Shown here: positions 1-10,793 of the stretch, one piece after another
How the letters are laid out: each line of letters starts with the position of its first letter
Numbering within the stretch: position 1 is the stretch's first letter
NCBI GenBank assembly: GCA_040901985.1
Contig: JBBDYC010000005.1
Coordinates: 56,423 to 120,422, forward strand
Direction of reading: 5' to 3'
Length of the DNA: 64,000 bases
DNA from: Gemmatimonadaceae bacterium
GTDB taxonomy: Bacteria > Gemmatimonadota > Gemmatimonadetes > Gemmatimonadales > Gemmatimonadaceae
The notes under the pieces: model-generated
Told to the model about the DNA's origin: nothing
The model's input: the letters and a program-made list of their open reading frames with translations, nothing else
Databases searched by the model: none
Made by a program: the position numbers and the translations under genes

Positions 1-366
1 CGCCGGCGCCACCGCCGGCCCGACCACCCGGAGCGCCGTGGCGCGCACCTCGATCTCCCCCGTCGCGAGATCCGCATTGCGCATCTCGGCCGGTCGCGGC
101 GCCACGACCCCATCAACGATGATGGCGCTCTCGACGCCGACGACGGCCGCGGCGGCGATCACCGCCGGCGCCGTCCAGTCGGGATTGAACGACACCTGCA
201 CGAGCCCGTCGCGATCCCGCAGGTCGAGGAAGACGATCCCCCCGAGGTCGCGCGCCTTGTGTACCCAGCCGCCGAGCGTGACCGCCGCCCCGGCGTCGGC
301 GAGCCGGAGCGCGCCCCCGCAGTGGGTGCGCAGCGTCGTGGCGGACGGATCAGCCGGTCCGGTCAT
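1..366 (-). CDS. aspS: Aspartate--tRNA ligase, 5' part (runs off the window start)
   Basis: Manual translation from the ATG at 366 gives MTGPADPSATTLRTHCGGALRLADAGAAVTLGGWVHKARDLGGIVFLDLRDRDGLVQV, the typical AspRS N-terminal OB-fold motif. ATGA overlap with the upstream gene. Confidence 0.93.
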   Translation of the reverse strand, partial: MTGPADPSATTLRTHCGGALRLADAGAAVTLGGWVHKARDLGGIVFLDLRDRDGLVQVSFNPDWTAPAVIAAAAVVGVESAIIVDGVVAPRPAEMRNADLATGEIEVRATALRVVGPAVAPA

Positions 367-767
367 GTGCGAGCATCCGGACGCGAACGCGTCGGGGGCA
401 CGAGGCGGCGCGCAATGACGAGCCCGGCGAGCGCGCCGACCACGTCCGCCGCCCAGTCGCCGAGACTGGCGCCGCGACCGCTGATGAACTCCTGGTGCCA
501 TTCATCGAGCGCCGCGAACAGGGCGATGCCGACCCAGGCCCAGACGAGCGTTGCCCAGGACCTTGGCCGCGAGGTCGCGCGCAGCACGAGTGCCCCGAAA
601 ACCCCGTACATCAGGAGGTGTCCGAGCTTGTCCAACTGATTGGGAATCCGGCCGAGGTCGAGATCGGGCCAGGAGGTGGCGACGAGGATAAGCGCGGCAA
701 AGACGGCCGGCGGGAGCCACCGCGACACCGGAGATAGGGGCTGCAATGTCGCTTGGGCTAGGGGCAT
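363..767 (-). CDS. VanZ-family membrane protein
   Basis: Motifs DKLGHLLMYG, LDEWHQEFISGR and DWAAD. Start is uncertain (ATG 767 chosen). Confidence 0.85.
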   Translation of the reverse strand: MPLAQATLQPLSPVSRWLPPAVFAALILVATSWPDLDLGRIPNQLDKLGHLLMYGVFGALVLRATSRPRSWATLVWAWVGIALFAALDEWHQEFISGRGASLGDWAADVVGALAGLVIARRLVPPTRSRPDART

Positions 768-817
768 TGAACGAGGTAAATCTAACGGGCGTCTACACTT
801 GGTGGTAGTGAACGGCG

Positions 818-846
818 TTGACCGGCGACGTCTGATCCGGTACTCT
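818..846 (+). promoter_or_regulatory. sigma70-type promoter of rlmN, probably leaderless
   Basis: TTGACC(818-823)-N17-TACTCT(841-846), 5 nt before ATG 852. Confidence 0.6.
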
Positions 847-851
847 GCAAG

Positions 852-1925
852 ATGCTGAATTTGCTTGACTTGGGCCCCGTCGAGGCCGAACGGGTACTTC
901 GCGACTTTGCGGTCGCAAGCGGCCAGGCGCCCTACCGGGGGAGTCAGGTCGTCCCCCACCTCTGGGCCAAGCCGGTCGCCGGATTCTCAGATATGACGGA
1001 CCTCCCGGTGAGCTTCCGGGAGCTGCTGGCCGCGAACTTCACGCTGCCGCGGCTCGAGCTGGAGACCCAGCAGGTCTCCGTGGACGGGACGCGGAAGTTC
1101 CTCTTCCGGATGCACGACGGCCAGGCGATCGAGACCGTCGCCATCCCGGACGGCGAGCGGATGACGTTCTGCCTCTCGTCGCAGGCGGGATGCGCGCTCC
1201 AATGCGCATTTTGTGCGACCGGCGCGATGGGATTTGCGCGTAACCTCGGCGTCCACGAGATCGCCGGCCAGGTGCGCGAACTCGCCCTCCTCGACCCCCC
1301 GCTGCGCGCCACCAACATCGTCTTTATGGGGATGGGCGAGCCGTTGATGAACTGGGCGGCGGTGGACGTCGTGCTCAGCGTGCTGAACGACCCGCGCGGC
1401 TTCGGGATCGGGGCGCGCCACATCACTGTCTCGACGGTCGGCGTGCTGCCTGGCATTCTCGCGCTTGGTGCACGGAAGGAGCAGTTCCGGCTCGCGCTGT
1501 CGGTGCACGCGCCGACCGACGCGCTCCGACAGACGCTGATGCCGATCAACACCAAGTATCGGCTCACCGACGTGATAGACGCCGCGGCGCGATTCGATCG
1601 GCGGGTGACGTTCGAGTACGTGATGCTGGGCGGCGTGAACGATGCGCCGGAGCACGCCGACCAGCTCGCCGCGCTCGCCCGCCGGTGCAAGGCCTTCGTG
1701 AACCTGATCCCGCTGCACCCGGGCGGCGCGTTGGGGTTCACGCCGACGCCACCGGAGGCGATCGCGAGGTTCGCACGGCGGATCCGCGGCAAAGGGGTGG
1801 AGGTCGCGATCCGGAGGAGCCGCGGCCTCGACATCGCCGCCGCCTGCGGCCAGCTACGGGTGGAACGCCTCCGGCGGCGGCCGCCAGTTGGCGCCGAGCA
1901 GGATCGTGAGGTCGAGGTAGCGTGA
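852..1925 (+). CDS. rlmN: 23S rRNA A2503/tRNA A37 C2-methyltransferase (radical SAM)
   Basis: CLSSQAGCALQCAFC radical-SAM motif, MGMGEP and IAAACGQL. Confidence 0.96.
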   Translation: MLNLLDLGPVEAERVLRDFAVASGQAPYRGSQVVPHLWAKPVAGFSDMTDLPVSFRELLAANFTLPRLELETQQVSVDGTRKFLFRMHDGQAIETVAIPDGERMTFCLSSQAGCALQCAFCATGAMGFARNLGVHEIAGQVRELALLDPPLRATNIVFMGMGEPLMNWAAVDVVLSVLNDPRGFGIGARHITVSTVGVLPGILALGARKEQFRLALSVHAPTDALRQTLMPINTKYRLTDVIDAAARFDRRVTFEYVMLGGVNDAPEHADQLAALARRCKAFVNLIPLHPGGALGFTPTPPEAIARFARRIRGKGVEVAIRRSRGLDIAAACGQLRVERLRRRPPVGAEQDREVEVA

Positions 1926-2288
1926 GCTGTCGGGGCGCGCCTCGACGCGCGCCCCGCCGAGTGCGGCCGCCGCGAGGTCGCCCCAGTCCTGGCGTCCACT
2001 GCGCACCAGCACCACCGTCGAATCGAGTCGCTCGGCGCTGTTGCCCGACCCGACCACGTCGAAGCCGAGGTCACGCAGGTGGAACGTGGCGCGGCGTGCG
2101 AGCCCGCGGACCGTCGTCGCGTTGAGCACCTCGACGCGGATCCGGAGCGACTCCGGGACCACGCGTGCCGGTCGTGCGCCGACGGCTGCGGTGCGACGGT
2201 CGCTGGAATCGCCATCGCGTCGCACCGCCCAGATCCCCACCCCGCCGACGACCAGCGCCAGCAGGATCCAGCGCCCCTTCTTCCTCAT
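1854..2288 (-). CDS. LytR C-terminal-domain protein with N-terminal membrane anchor
   Basis: MRKKGRW plus a hydrophobic stretch, VEVLNATTVRGLA..LRDLGF.V...GN, and C-terminal DLTILLGANW. Confidence 0.8.
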   Translation of the reverse strand: MRKKGRWILLALVVGGVGIWAVRRDGDSSDRRTAAVGARPARVVPESLRIRVEVLNATTVRGLARRATFHLRDLGFDVVGSGNSAERLDSTVVLVRSGRQDWGDLAAAALGGARVEARPDSSRYLDLTILLGANWRPPPEAFHP

Positions 2289-2824
2289 CGCACGCGATTC
2301 CAGAGCGCGACCGTCTCCGGGAAGAGCTCCTTCCCCTCCCGGACCGTCCACTCAATCCGCATCCGGACGACCTGTCGGAACACGCCGTCGAAGTCGTGCG
2401 GAAGATGGTCGGCAAGGAAGGCGCGGTCGCCTCGCGCAAACTGCCGCCCGGGCTCCAGGAAGTCGGCCATGAAGAGCGCGCGCCCCGCACGGTCCCAGTC
2501 CGCCTGGCCCACGGTGTGCCAGCGCACCGCGCTGAGGACGCTTGCGCGCGTCTCGCCCTCGTGCGCGAGTCGGCGCGCCGCCGCCGGACCGTGCAGCACC
2601 CCGATCGGGCGCTCGGCGTCGGCGGACCACTCGCGCAGGATCTCCGGTGACGCATCGCGGAGCGCATCGTGCCAGCGACCGGCGTCGTGCCAGGCCTGCG
2701 CTTCGTCCGGCGACAATCCGAGTTGGGCCGCCCATCGGTCCAGCAGCGCCGTCACCCGTACAATGTGTGCGCGCCGCTTCTCCGTGACCGCGGCCCACGA
2801 GGGCAGGGCGAGTGGGTCGGTCAT
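2285..2824 (-). CDS. HD-domain hydrolase, YqeK-like (Ap4A hydrolase family)
   Basis: H..RV, WHD, LHGPAAA, RWHTVG and LFMADFLEPGR. Adjacent to a LytR_C gene, as in yqeK contexts. Confidence 0.8.
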   Translation of the reverse strand: MTDPLALPSWAAVTEKRRAHIVRVTALLDRWAAQLGLSPDEAQAWHDAGRWHDALRDASPEILREWSADAERPIGVLHGPAAARRLAHEGETRASVLSAVRWHTVGQADWDRAGRALFMADFLEPGRQFARGDRAFLADHLPHDFDGVFRQVVRMRIEWTVREGKELFPETVALWNRVR

Positions 2825-4896
2825 CAGACGCTCGTCACGCGTCGCGTGAGTTCGCTGAGCGCGCCAACCACGTCGCGGAGGGCGGTCGTGGCGCGTTCGA
2901 GGTCCCGGAGCGCGGTCGCCTGCTCCGACGCCGACGTGGCAACCTCAAGGAGGCGGGTCCCGTTTCGCTGCACGATCTCCTCGAGCCGGCTCAGCCGCTC
3001 GCGCATCCGCTCGACCTCGACCCCCTGATCGTCGGCCGAGCTGGCGATGCGCGCCGCCTGCACCGCGGCGCCGGACGTGCCGGTCACGATGCGGCCCAGC
3101 GCCTCGCGCGATCCGGTGCTCCGTGACTCGGCGTCCTGCACCAGCGCCTCGCCGCGGCTCATCAGCTGGGCCGTCTGACGCATCTGCGACTCGAACTCCC
3201 GCAGCACCTTCTGGGCCTTGTCGGCCGCGGTGCCGCTCTCCTCGGCGAGCGCCCGGACCTCGCCGGCGACCACCGCGAATCCGCGACCCTCGTGGCCGGC
3301 GCGCGCCGCCTCGATGGCGGCGTTCAGGGCAAGGAGGTTGGTCTGGATCGCCAGTTCGCGGATCACCGCAATGAAGCCCGTGACCTCGCCCATCGCCTGC
3401 GAGAGCGCGGCCACCTTCGCCGCGCTCTCGGCACCGAAGCGCTTGGCGCCGACCAACTGCTCGAGCGACGACTCGATTGCCTGCCGATTCTCCGACGCCA
3501 CCGCACTCGCGTCGCGGGTGGCCACGTGAGCCGAGCGCGCGTCCACCGAGACGGCACCCGTCCGGTCGCGCAGGGTCGCCATGATCTCCATCCCGCGCCG
3601 GAGCTGCTCCGCCTCCTCGGCGATCGCCCGGCCGATCTCGTGGACGGCGTGCGCCACTGCCTCGCCTCCCGAGCGGAGCGTGCGCGCCGACTCGGTGAGC
3701 GTCGCCACCTCCCGGCCAATCCGCTCGACGGTCGCGAGCAGCGGCGCGCGAAGGTCAAGCAGATGGATCGTCGTCGCCAGTTGGTTGGCCACGCGCCGTA
3801 TGAGCACCCCCTCCTTTGGCCCGTAGGCGCCACGCTTCGGCGTGTCGAGTTCGAGCACGCCGATCATCCGGTCGCCGAAGCTGAGCGGCGCCACGGCGCG
3901 CGCCGCCGCCATCAGCAGCGGCTGCTCGACGCGTGGGTCCTCGTTGGCGTCCGGGAGCACGATCGCCCGGCCATCGGCGAGCACGGCGCGGCGCAGCATC
4001 TCGCCGTCCTTGGGCGGCGCCACGGGCGAGGCGAGGAGCCCGTCGCCGGTGCGGTAGATGAGCCGCCGCTCCGGTCCGTCCACCCGAATGACCCGGAACT
4101 CTCGCCATTCCAGCAGGCGGCTTGCCAAGCCCTCGATGCGGGCGATTGCCGCGCCGAGCGAACTGTCGGCCGTCGCCGCGACTTCCATCGCGAGGACCGT
4201 ATTCAGCTCCTCGGCGGCCACCGACTCCTCGACGAGCCGCCGCAGCAGCAACCCGGCGAAGGCCAGCACGATCAGCACGACCACCACGCCGGCCGGCTCG
4301 AGCGTCTCGACCGCCAGCAACACGGCGGCGAGCACCAGCAGACCGGCGAAGAGCGTGATGACCTCGTAGCGCAGGATCAGCGCGCGCTCGGCGTCGGCCA
4401 GTTTCTCACGCACGATCAACGAGAGGTACTGGAGCGTGCGGCTCAGCGCGAAGTGGATGACCACGAAGACCACTGTCGCCGGGACACCACCATCGAGGAG
4501 CCCCGCCGACGCCCCGAGCGGCTCGCGGATCCAGGCGTACCACCCAAAGGCCGACACCAACGCCAGCACTTCGCGCGAGGCATTGATCCACGCGGAGCTC
4601 GCGCCGCGGCGGAGCCACACGCCGTCGGCCACCAGCAGGCCGACGGCAAGCGCGAGCGCGGCCACGCCGATCCCGGCGACGAGCGTCGCGCCCAGCGCGA
4701 CCACCCAGACCAGGTGCATCGCCGCGTACTTGGTGACCGGGAGCTGGTGGTGGCGCAGCAGCGCGGCGGCGAGGGCGAAGCCGCCGACCAGGAGCGGCTC
4801 GCGCAGCCAGCGGCCGTCCATCACGAGCGTGGTCAGGAGGACGGCGCCGCCGAACCACGGCAGGATCGCGCGGTAGATTGTCAGCGCGCGCCGCAT
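2824..4896 (-). CDS. Methyl-accepting chemotaxis protein with multi-TM N-terminus and GAF domain
   Basis: [35 protein letters not shown] signalling hairpin, GAF-like [15 protein letters not shown], and a hydrophobic first ~220 aa. Confidence 0.9.
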   Translation of the reverse strand: MRRALTIYRAILPWFGGAVLLTTLVMDGRWLREPLLVGGFALAAALLRHHQLPVTKYAAMHLVWVVALGATLVAGIGVAALALAVGLLVADGVWLRRGASSAWINASREVLALVSAFGWYAWIREPLGASAGLLDGGVPATVVFVVIHFALSRTLQYLSLIVREKLADAERALILRYEVITLFAGLLVLAAVLLAVETLEPAGVVVVLIVLAFAGLLLRRLVEESVAAEELNTVLAMEVAATADSSLGAAIARIEGLASRLLEWREFRVIRVDGPERRLIYRTGDGLLASPVAPPKDGEMLRRAVLADGRAIVLPDANEDPRVEQPLLMAAARAVAPLSFGDRMIGVLELDTPKRGAYGPKEGVLIRRVANQLATTIHLLDLRAPLLATVERIGREVATLTESARTLRSGGEAVAHAVHEIGRAIAEEAEQLRRGMEIMATLRDRTGAVSVDARSAHVATRDASAVASENRQAIESSLEQLVGAKRFGAESAAKVAALSQAMGEVTGFIAVIRELAIQTNLLALNAAIEAARAGHEGRGFAVVAGEVRALAEESGTAADKAQKVLREFESQMRQTAQLMSRGEALVQDAESRSTGSREALGRIVTGTSGAAVQAARIASSADDQGVEVERMRERLSRLEEIVQRNGTRLLEVATSASEQATALRDLERATTALRDVVGALSELTRRVTSV

Positions 4897-4899
4897 CCG

Positions 4900-5670
4900 T
4901 CAGGCCCCCCCATCCAGTCCGGCGCGGAAGCTGCGGACGAGCGCGAGCGCTGCGTCCACGCCCTCCTCCGCCGCCTGGACCAGCGCCGAGCCGACGACGA
5001 CGCCGTCGGCCAGTGCGCCGACCGTCCGCGCCTGTGCCGCGGTCGAGATTCCAAAGCCCACGCAGATCGGGAGGTCGCAGACCGCCCGGAGAGCGGCGAT
5101 GGACGCCGGCAGCGTGGTCGCCAACTGCTCCTGCACCCCGGTCACGCCCAGGCGGCTGATCAGGTAGACGAAGCCGCGACCGTGCCGCGCGATCTCCGCC
5201 ATCCGCGCGGCGGGCGTGGTCGGCGCAACAAGCCGGACGAATGCCAAGGGCCCCCCGCCGATCCACGCCTCCCGCTCGGGGTCGGCCCCGACCGGCAGGT
5301 CGGTGACGAGCACCCCGTGGACGCCAGCCGTGTGCGCGCGGTCGAGCACACGGTCGCCCGCGGCGAGCAGCGGATTGAGATAGCTAAACAGCACGACCGG
5401 GACCGACGGCCGCGTCTCGGCGATCAGGTCAAGCGTGGACGCCAGCGTGACGCCCTGGTCGAGCGCGCGTTGGGAACTCCGCTGGATGATCGGGCCGTCG
5501 GCGAGCGGGTCCGAAAACGGCACGCCAACCTCGATCACGTCGGCGCCGGCCTCGGGGAGCTCCCGCAGGAGCCGCCGCGACGCCGCGGCGTCGGGGTGCC
5601 CGGCCGTCACGTAACAGACGAGCGCGCGCCGCCCCGACTCGCGCAGTGCGCGCATCCGTGAACTGAGCAC
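4900..5670 (-). CDS. trpA: Tryptophan synthase alpha subunit
   Basis: IEVGVPFSDPLADGPIIQ, GFGIS and GVVVGSA. Confidence 0.97.
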   Translation of the reverse strand: MLSSRMRALRESGRRALVCYVTAGHPDAAASRRLLRELPEAGADVIEVGVPFSDPLADGPIIQRSSQRALDQGVTLASTLDLIAETRPSVPVVLFSYLNPLLAAGDRVLDRAHTAGVHGVLVTDLPVGADPEREAWIGGGPLAFVRLVAPTTPAARMAEIARHGRGFVYLISRLGVTGVQEQLATTLPASIAALRAVCDLPICVGFGISTAAQARTVGALADGVVVGSALVQAAEEGVDAALALVRSFRAGLDGGA

Positions 5671-5675
5671 CGGAC

Positions 5676-7178
5676 TCAGAGGAAGTAGTCGCCAACGCGG
5701 ATGCCGTAGCGATCGGGGTCGGCCGTCTTGATGATGGACTTGCGGAACGTCCCCGCCTCATCCCGGTCGGCAAGGTCCTCGATGCGCCCCGGGTGTTCGA
5801 CATTGCCCAGCTGATCGCTGACCACGCAGACAATCGGCCGCGAGAGCATCTCGGCAATCGGGTTCACGGCCTGGACGATCGCCAGCTCGTAGCTGTCGAG
5901 CACGACCAGCGTACCGACCGGGTAGATGCCGAGCAGCGCGACGAACGCCTTGACGACCACCGGGTCCATGCCGCGGCGCGGATTGTCGCGCATCTCCTGC
6001 AGCACCGCCGCCGGGGTCAGCGGCGCGGTGACGTAGACGCGCCGGGTCGTCGCCGCGTCGAAGCCGTCGGCCACCGCGACGATCTTGCTGTAGAAGCTGA
6101 TCTCCGACATCCGCAGCGAGCGCGGATACCCGGTCAGGTCGCGCTTCATGTGATGCTGGTACGCCACCAGCATTGCCCGGTACGGGAACTCCTGCTGCTC
6201 GCGCAGCTGGAAGAGCGCCAACACGCCGAGCCACGGATGCGCCATCACGAGCCGCCACTCCTCCTCGTCGAGGGCACCCGGCTTCTGGATGACCTCCAGC
6301 GGCACGCGCGACTTGCCGATGTCGTGGAAGAGCGCCGTGAACCCCAGGTCGAAGAGCTGAAGTCGCGTGAGGCCGAGCCGCCGACCGAGCGCGATCGAGA
6401 AAATGCTCACGTTCACGCAATGCGTGAAGGTGTAGTCGTCGTAGTCGCGGATCGTCGTCAGGCCGATCAGTGACCCCTCGTCCGCGAGGATCTGGTCAAC
6501 GATCCCCTGGACCACGCGCTTGATCTTCTTGACGTTCGGGCTCTGCCCCATCCGCACCGAGTTGATCACGTCCTTCGCCGTCGCGACCGACTGTTGGTAC
6601 GTCTTCTTTGCCCGCTCCTTGCTCTCCCCCACCTCGGCCGGGTCGTCCGCGCTGTCCGCCGGTTGCGCGATGTCGAACACGTTGACATTGGTATCGCTGA
6701 GGCGCTTCTGGAGCAGTTCGAAGCGGTCGGAGGGCGCTGCGCCCTGCGGCGCGACAAGGAACGAGAGGAGCACCGTCCAGTCGCGCACCGACGGCCGCTC
6801 GTCGAAGCGGAGGACGCCGACGCCGGAGTCGCGGCAGCGGTTGAGGATGAACGAGAAGCTCGTGTAATTGTCGAGGTCGAGCTTCATCCGCGTCGCGTTG
6901 AGGAAGAGGAACTCCCCCGCCAGCCGGAACTCGCACTCGCCGTCGCCGGCGATGAGTTCGCCCGAGAGCGAGGTGAGCTCCTCCAGCCCCTTCTGCACGG
7001 CGGCGTTCTCGAGCGGGTACATCTTGAGGTTGCGGAGCGCCACGTAGAAGGCGACCACCCAGGTCTTCCCGATCCGCCGCACGGCGCCCTCGCCAAGCCC
7101 GACCGCGGTGACCGCCTGCGTATTGCGGGCGATGATGGACGCCCGGGCGCCCGGCGGGGTCTCGCGCGGCTCGCTCAC
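5676..7178 (-). CDS. HD-GYP domain protein (putative cyclic-dinucleotide phosphodiesterase) with an uncharacterised N-terminal domain
   Basis: YTFTHCVNV, FHDIGK, HPWLG, HHMKRDLTGYP and VADGFDA..RRVY. Confidence 0.88.
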   Translation of the reverse strand: MSEPRETPPGARASIIARNTQAVTAVGLGEGAVRRIGKTWVVAFYVALRNLKMYPLENAAVQKGLEELTSLSGELIAGDGECEFRLAGEFLFLNATRMKLDLDNYTSFSFILNRCRDSGVGVLRFDERPSVRDWTVLLSFLVAPQGAAPSDRFELLQKRLSDTNVNVFDIAQPADSADDPAEVGESKERAKKTYQQSVATAKDVINSVRMGQSPNVKKIKRVVQGIVDQILADEGSLIGLTTIRDYDDYTFTHCVNVSIFSIALGRRLGLTRLQLFDLGFTALFHDIGKSRVPLEVIQKPGALDEEEWRLVMAHPWLGVLALFQLREQQEFPYRAMLVAYQHHMKRDLTGYPRSLRMSEISFYSKIVAVADGFDAATTRRVYVTAPLTPAAVLQEMRDNPRRGMDPVVVKAFVALLGIYPVGTLVVLDSYELAIVQAVNPIAEMLSRPIVCVVSDQLGNVEHPGRIEDLADRDEAGTFRKSIIKTADPDRYGIRVGDYFL

Positions 7179-8944
7179 GACGCGCCTCCGCGCAGGGCGC
7201 GGCTGACGGCGTTGCGCACCAACACGTCCTTCTCGGCGGACGAGCGCTGCAGCGCGGCGCGCGAGGCGTCGGTATTGATCCTGCCGAGCCCCACCGCGGC
7301 GCAGGCGCGATACTCGGGATCCTCGCGCTTGCCGAAGAGTCCCCCCTTGGCGTTCAGGATGGCATCAAGGGTGGCCACGCCAGCATCGCCGGCAATCGTG
7401 CCGTAGAGCTCGAAGATCGCCAGCCGCTCGGTCCGGTCGGCGGTCCGCGACTCCTTGCCGTCAATCAACGCCTGCACGCGCGCCAACGCCGGCCGATGGT
7501 TGCGGACGGTGAGCGCGCGGACGGTCGCGAGCCGGATGTCGCGCTCGGGATCGGCCAGCGCCGGCTCGAGCGCCGAGAGGGCGCCCGGCGTGCCGATGTC
7601 GGTCAACGCCTGGACGGCGGCGGCGCGCAAGGATCGGATGGCGTCACTCGCCAGCACCGCGCCGAGCGAGGGGACCGCCGATGCCGTGCGCATCGCGCCG
7701 GCCCGCCGGATCGCCTCGCGCGCCACGGCGGGCTTGGCGTCCGTCACCAACTTCACCAACTCGCTCGTGTTCGACTGCGCCAGTCGCTCCGCCGACGCCT
7801 CGAGGAGTGGCCGAAGCTCGGCGTTCTGCGTGCGATCGATCGCGTCGAGGAGTCCGGCGAGCGCGGTCGGCTTGAGCTGGGCGAAGAGCTGGGTGAGGTC
7901 GTCCTTCGACGGCAGCCGCGACGACTCCTCGAGCGCCTGCAGCATCTGGCTGAGCGCGTCGGGCTGCGACAGGCGGTCGGGCAGCCGGCCGAGCCGGTCG
8001 CGATCCGCCGGCCGCAGCTCACGCGCGCGCTGCATCGTCCCCTCAAGCTCCTTGAGCAGATACGCCACGGTCGAGAACTGGCCCGCCGTGAGCAAGTGGA
8101 GGACCAGCGCCTCGAAGTCGCCCGCCACCTCCTCGCGCACCAGCGGGTCCACCTGCAGTTCGAAAATGTCGAGGAGGGAGCTGACGACGGTCCGGCGCAG
8201 ATCCAGCGCATATTCACGCCCGGTCTCCTTGCGCAGGTACTCGATCTCGTTCGGGTCGAGGAAGTAGAGACTCGAGTCGAAGTCCTCCAGCTTCACGATG
8301 TTGGGATCGCGCGGCGGCGGTTCGGCGCCCGGCGCGCCAGGCTTCGGCGCACCCTTCGCATCGTCGGTGGCCGACTCCGACGCCTCGGCAATCGCCTGCC
8401 CGGGCGCCTCGAACGCCTTGCCCGCCGGCGCCGGCCAGCGGCCCGGCGCCGAGTCCGGGTCGAGCGGCGCCGACGGCTCGTGCAGCTCGACGTACCGATA
8501 GCGCAACGTCTGGAAGTCCTGCTCCCAGAGAATCGTCAGCAGGTCGTCCTCCTCCGGGCGCGCGTGGCGGACCCGCGGGATGATCGCGAGGAAGCGCTCA
8601 ATCTCCTCGTCCTCGAAGCCGGGGAAGAGGGTGAGCTCGCGCAGGCCGTCCTTGAAGAGGAGCCACGGCAGGCTGTCGCCCCCCTTCTCCGGGTGGTCCT
8701 TCACGACGACGCCGTACCACTTGAACTGCGTGTCGGTGACCTGGAAGGAGAGGCTGCCGGTGTGCGCCCAGAGCGGCTCGATCGCCGCCCGGACGGTCTG
8801 GAGGGACTTTTGGTAAGTCGGGTTGTTCGGCAGGTAGAGCTGGTGCGCCTTGATCGCCTTCTCGAGGAGCTTGAGCATCTCCTCGACGAGTGCCGGCGGA
8901 CAGGGCGGCGGTTCGACGACCGCCGTGGTCTGGGGCGTCGTCAT
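7175..8944 (-). CDS. HEAT-repeat protein
   Basis: C-terminal HEAT-like repeats ([53 protein letters not shown]). Start ATG 8944 overlaps the trpB stop. Confidence 0.85.
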   Translation of the reverse strand: MTTPQTTAVVEPPPCPPALVEEMLKLLEKAIKAHQLYLPNNPTYQKSLQTVRAAIEPLWAHTGSLSFQVTDTQFKWYGVVVKDHPEKGGDSLPWLLFKDGLRELTLFPGFEDEEIERFLAIIPRVRHARPEEDDLLTILWEQDFQTLRYRYVELHEPSAPLDPDSAPGRWPAPAGKAFEAPGQAIAEASESATDDAKGAPKPGAPGAEPPPRDPNIVKLEDFDSSLYFLDPNEIEYLRKETGREYALDLRRTVVSSLLDIFELQVDPLVREEVAGDFEALVLHLLTAGQFSTVAYLLKELEGTMQRARELRPADRDRLGRLPDRLSQPDALSQMLQALEESSRLPSKDDLTQLFAQLKPTALAGLLDAIDRTQNAELRPLLEASAERLAQSNTSELVKLVTDAKPAVAREAIRRAGAMRTASAVPSLGAVLASDAIRSLRAAAVQALTDIGTPGALSALEPALADPERDIRLATVRALTVRNHRPALARVQALIDGKESRTADRTERLAIFELYGTIAGDAGVATLDAILNAKGGLFGKREDPEYRACAAVGLGRINTDASRAALQRSSAEKDVLVRNAVSRALRGGAS

Positions 8945-10140
8945 CGCGCCGCCCGGTCGAGCGCGCGGCGTTCCGCCACCTGCGCGACGTCCTTGTCGCC
9001 GCGCCCGCTCACGCAGAGCAGGATTGCATCGTCCGCCTCCCAGCGGCCGGCCTGCGCGAGGACCCACGCCACGGCGTGGGCCGTCTCGAGCGCGGGAATG
9101 ATCCCCTCGAGACGGCTGAGGAGCTCGAAGCCGTCGAGCGCGTCGGCGTCCGTCACCGACCCATACTCGGCGCGGCCGCTGTCGCGTAGCCAGGAGTGCT
9201 CCGGGCCGACACCGGGGTAGTCGAGGCCGGCGGAAATCGAGTGGGCCGGATGCACCTGCCCGTCGGCATCCTGCAGGAGGTAGCTGAGCGCGCCGTGCAG
9301 CACGCCGGGCGTACCGCGGGCGAGCGATGCCGAGTGGCGCCCGCTCTCCAGCCCCTCCCCCGCCGCCTCGACGCCAACCAGGCGGACTGTCGCGTCATCT
9401 ACAAAGGCGTGGAAGATGCCCATCGCGTTCGATCCACCGCCAACGCAGGCCACGACCGCAGTCGGCAGACGGCCGGCGCGCTCGAGCATCTGCGCACGGG
9501 CCTCCCGGCCGATGATCGCCTGAAAGTCCCGCACCATCCGCGGATAGGGCGCCGGCCCGACCACCGAGCCGATGATGTAGTGACTCGTGTCGCAGGTAGC
9601 GACCCAGTCACGGATTGCCGCACTCGTCGCGTCCTTCAGCGTCCGGGTCCCAGCGCCGACCGGGACGACCGTCGCGCCCATCAGCCGCATCCGATAGACG
9701 TTGAGCGCCTGCCGCCGCATGTCCTCCTCGCCCATATAGACAACGCACTCGAGACCGAGTCGGGCGCAGACCGTGGCGGTCGCCACACCGTGCTGCCCCG
9801 CCCCGGTCTCGGCGATGATCCGCCGCTTCCCCATCCGCCGGGCGAGGAGCGCCTGGGCGAGCGCGTTGTTGATCTTGTGCGCGCCGGTATGGTTGAGGTC
9901 CTCGCGCTTGAGCCAGACCGTCGCCCCGACGCGCGCGCTGAAGTTGGGCGCCTCACTTAGCGGCGAGGGCCGTCCGGCGTACGTCTCCAACAGGTGCGTG
10001 AGTTCGCGCCGGAACACGCCATCCGCCATCGCGTCGGCAAGCGCCACTTCGAGGGCGTCGAGCGCGGGGACGAGTGTCTCCGGCACGTAACGTCCACCGA
10101 AGACTCCGAATCGGTCGGGAGGAGCAACCCGCGTCATCAC
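8941..10140 (-). CDS. trpB: Tryptophan synthase beta subunit
   Basis: [16 protein letters not shown] (PLP lysine), AETGAGQHG and [11 protein letters not shown]. Confidence 0.98.
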   Translation of the reverse strand: MMTRVAPPDRFGVFGGRYVPETLVPALDALEVALADAMADGVFRRELTHLLETYAGRPSPLSEAPNFSARVGATVWLKREDLNHTGAHKINNALAQALLARRMGKRRIIAETGAGQHGVATATVCARLGLECVVYMGEEDMRRQALNVYRMRLMGATVVPVGAGTRTLKDATSAAIRDWVATCDTSHYIIGSVVGPAPYPRMVRDFQAIIGREARAQMLERAGRLPTAVVACVGGGSNAMGIFHAFVDDATVRLVGVEAAGEGLESGRHSASLARGTPGVLHGALSYLLQDADGQVHPAHSISAGLDYPGVGPEHSWLRDSGRAEYGSVTDADALDGFELLSRLEGIIPALETAHAVAWVLAQAGRWEADDAILLCVSGRGDKDVAQVAERRALDRAAR

Positions 10141-10793
10141 ACCTCGTGCGCACCGATCGCCGCGGCGAACGCGCGCATCAGCTCAGGGTCCTTGATCCCG
10201 GGGGTGCGTTCCACCCCCGACGAGACATCCACGACGTCCGGCACCACCACCGACACCGCCCGGGCCACGGTGTCCGGTCGCAGCCCGCCCGCCAGCACCA
10301 CCCGACCGTGCGCCCGCAACTTCGCCACGTCACCGGCAATCGCCGCCCAGTCGAGCGCCACACCGGTCCCGCCCAGCCGTCCCTCGACCCTCGCGTCCAG
10401 CACCACCGCGTCCGCCCCGTGCTCGTACCACGCGGCGACCGCCGACGGCAAGCCGCCCGCGTCGGGACGGATCCGTACCACCGGCCAGATCTCGCCGGCG
10501 AAACGTGCCCGTAACACCACGCAGGTGTCAAAGGTCACTGCACCCGACAATTGTAGCACATCGAGGCCAACTGTGACGGCGATAGCATCGATTTCGTCGA
10601 GCGACGCCGCGCCGAATACCCCCACCCGCCGGACGCCCGTTCCGCTCAAGGGCGCGAACACCTCCCGCGCCTTGGCGGCGGTCAGCGTGCGCGGACCGCC
10701 AGCGAAGATTGCGCCCGCGAAGGAGCCGCCCAGGCGCGGGACCAGCGCCGCGTCCGCGGCGCGCGTGAGTCCGCAGAACTTCAGCTCAGCCAC
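10137..10793 (-). CDS. trpF: Phosphoribosylanthranilate isomerase
   Basis: GTG start, KFCGLT, GGTG, LAGGL and [13 protein letters not shown]. Confidence 0.93.
   Translation of the reverse strand: MAELKFCGLTRAADAALVPRLGGSFAGAIFAGGPRTLTAAKAREVFAPLSGTGVRRVGVFGAASLDEIDAIAVTVGLDVLQLSGAVTFDTCVVLRARFAGEIWPVVRIRPDAGGLPSAVAAWYEHGADAVVLDARVEGRLGGTGVALDWAAIAGDVAKLRAHGRVVLAGGLRPDTVARAVSVVVPDVVDVSSGVERTPGIKDPELMRAFAAAIGAHEV

Noticed and set aside
3292..5661. Long antisense and alternative-frame ORFs (e.g. 3292-5661, 12474-14615, 22992-25046, 50934-52934, 52379-54463)
   Set aside because: These are shadow ORFs expected in very GC-rich DNA. They overlap well-supported genes and translate to Arg/Gly/Ala-rich sequence with no motifs.
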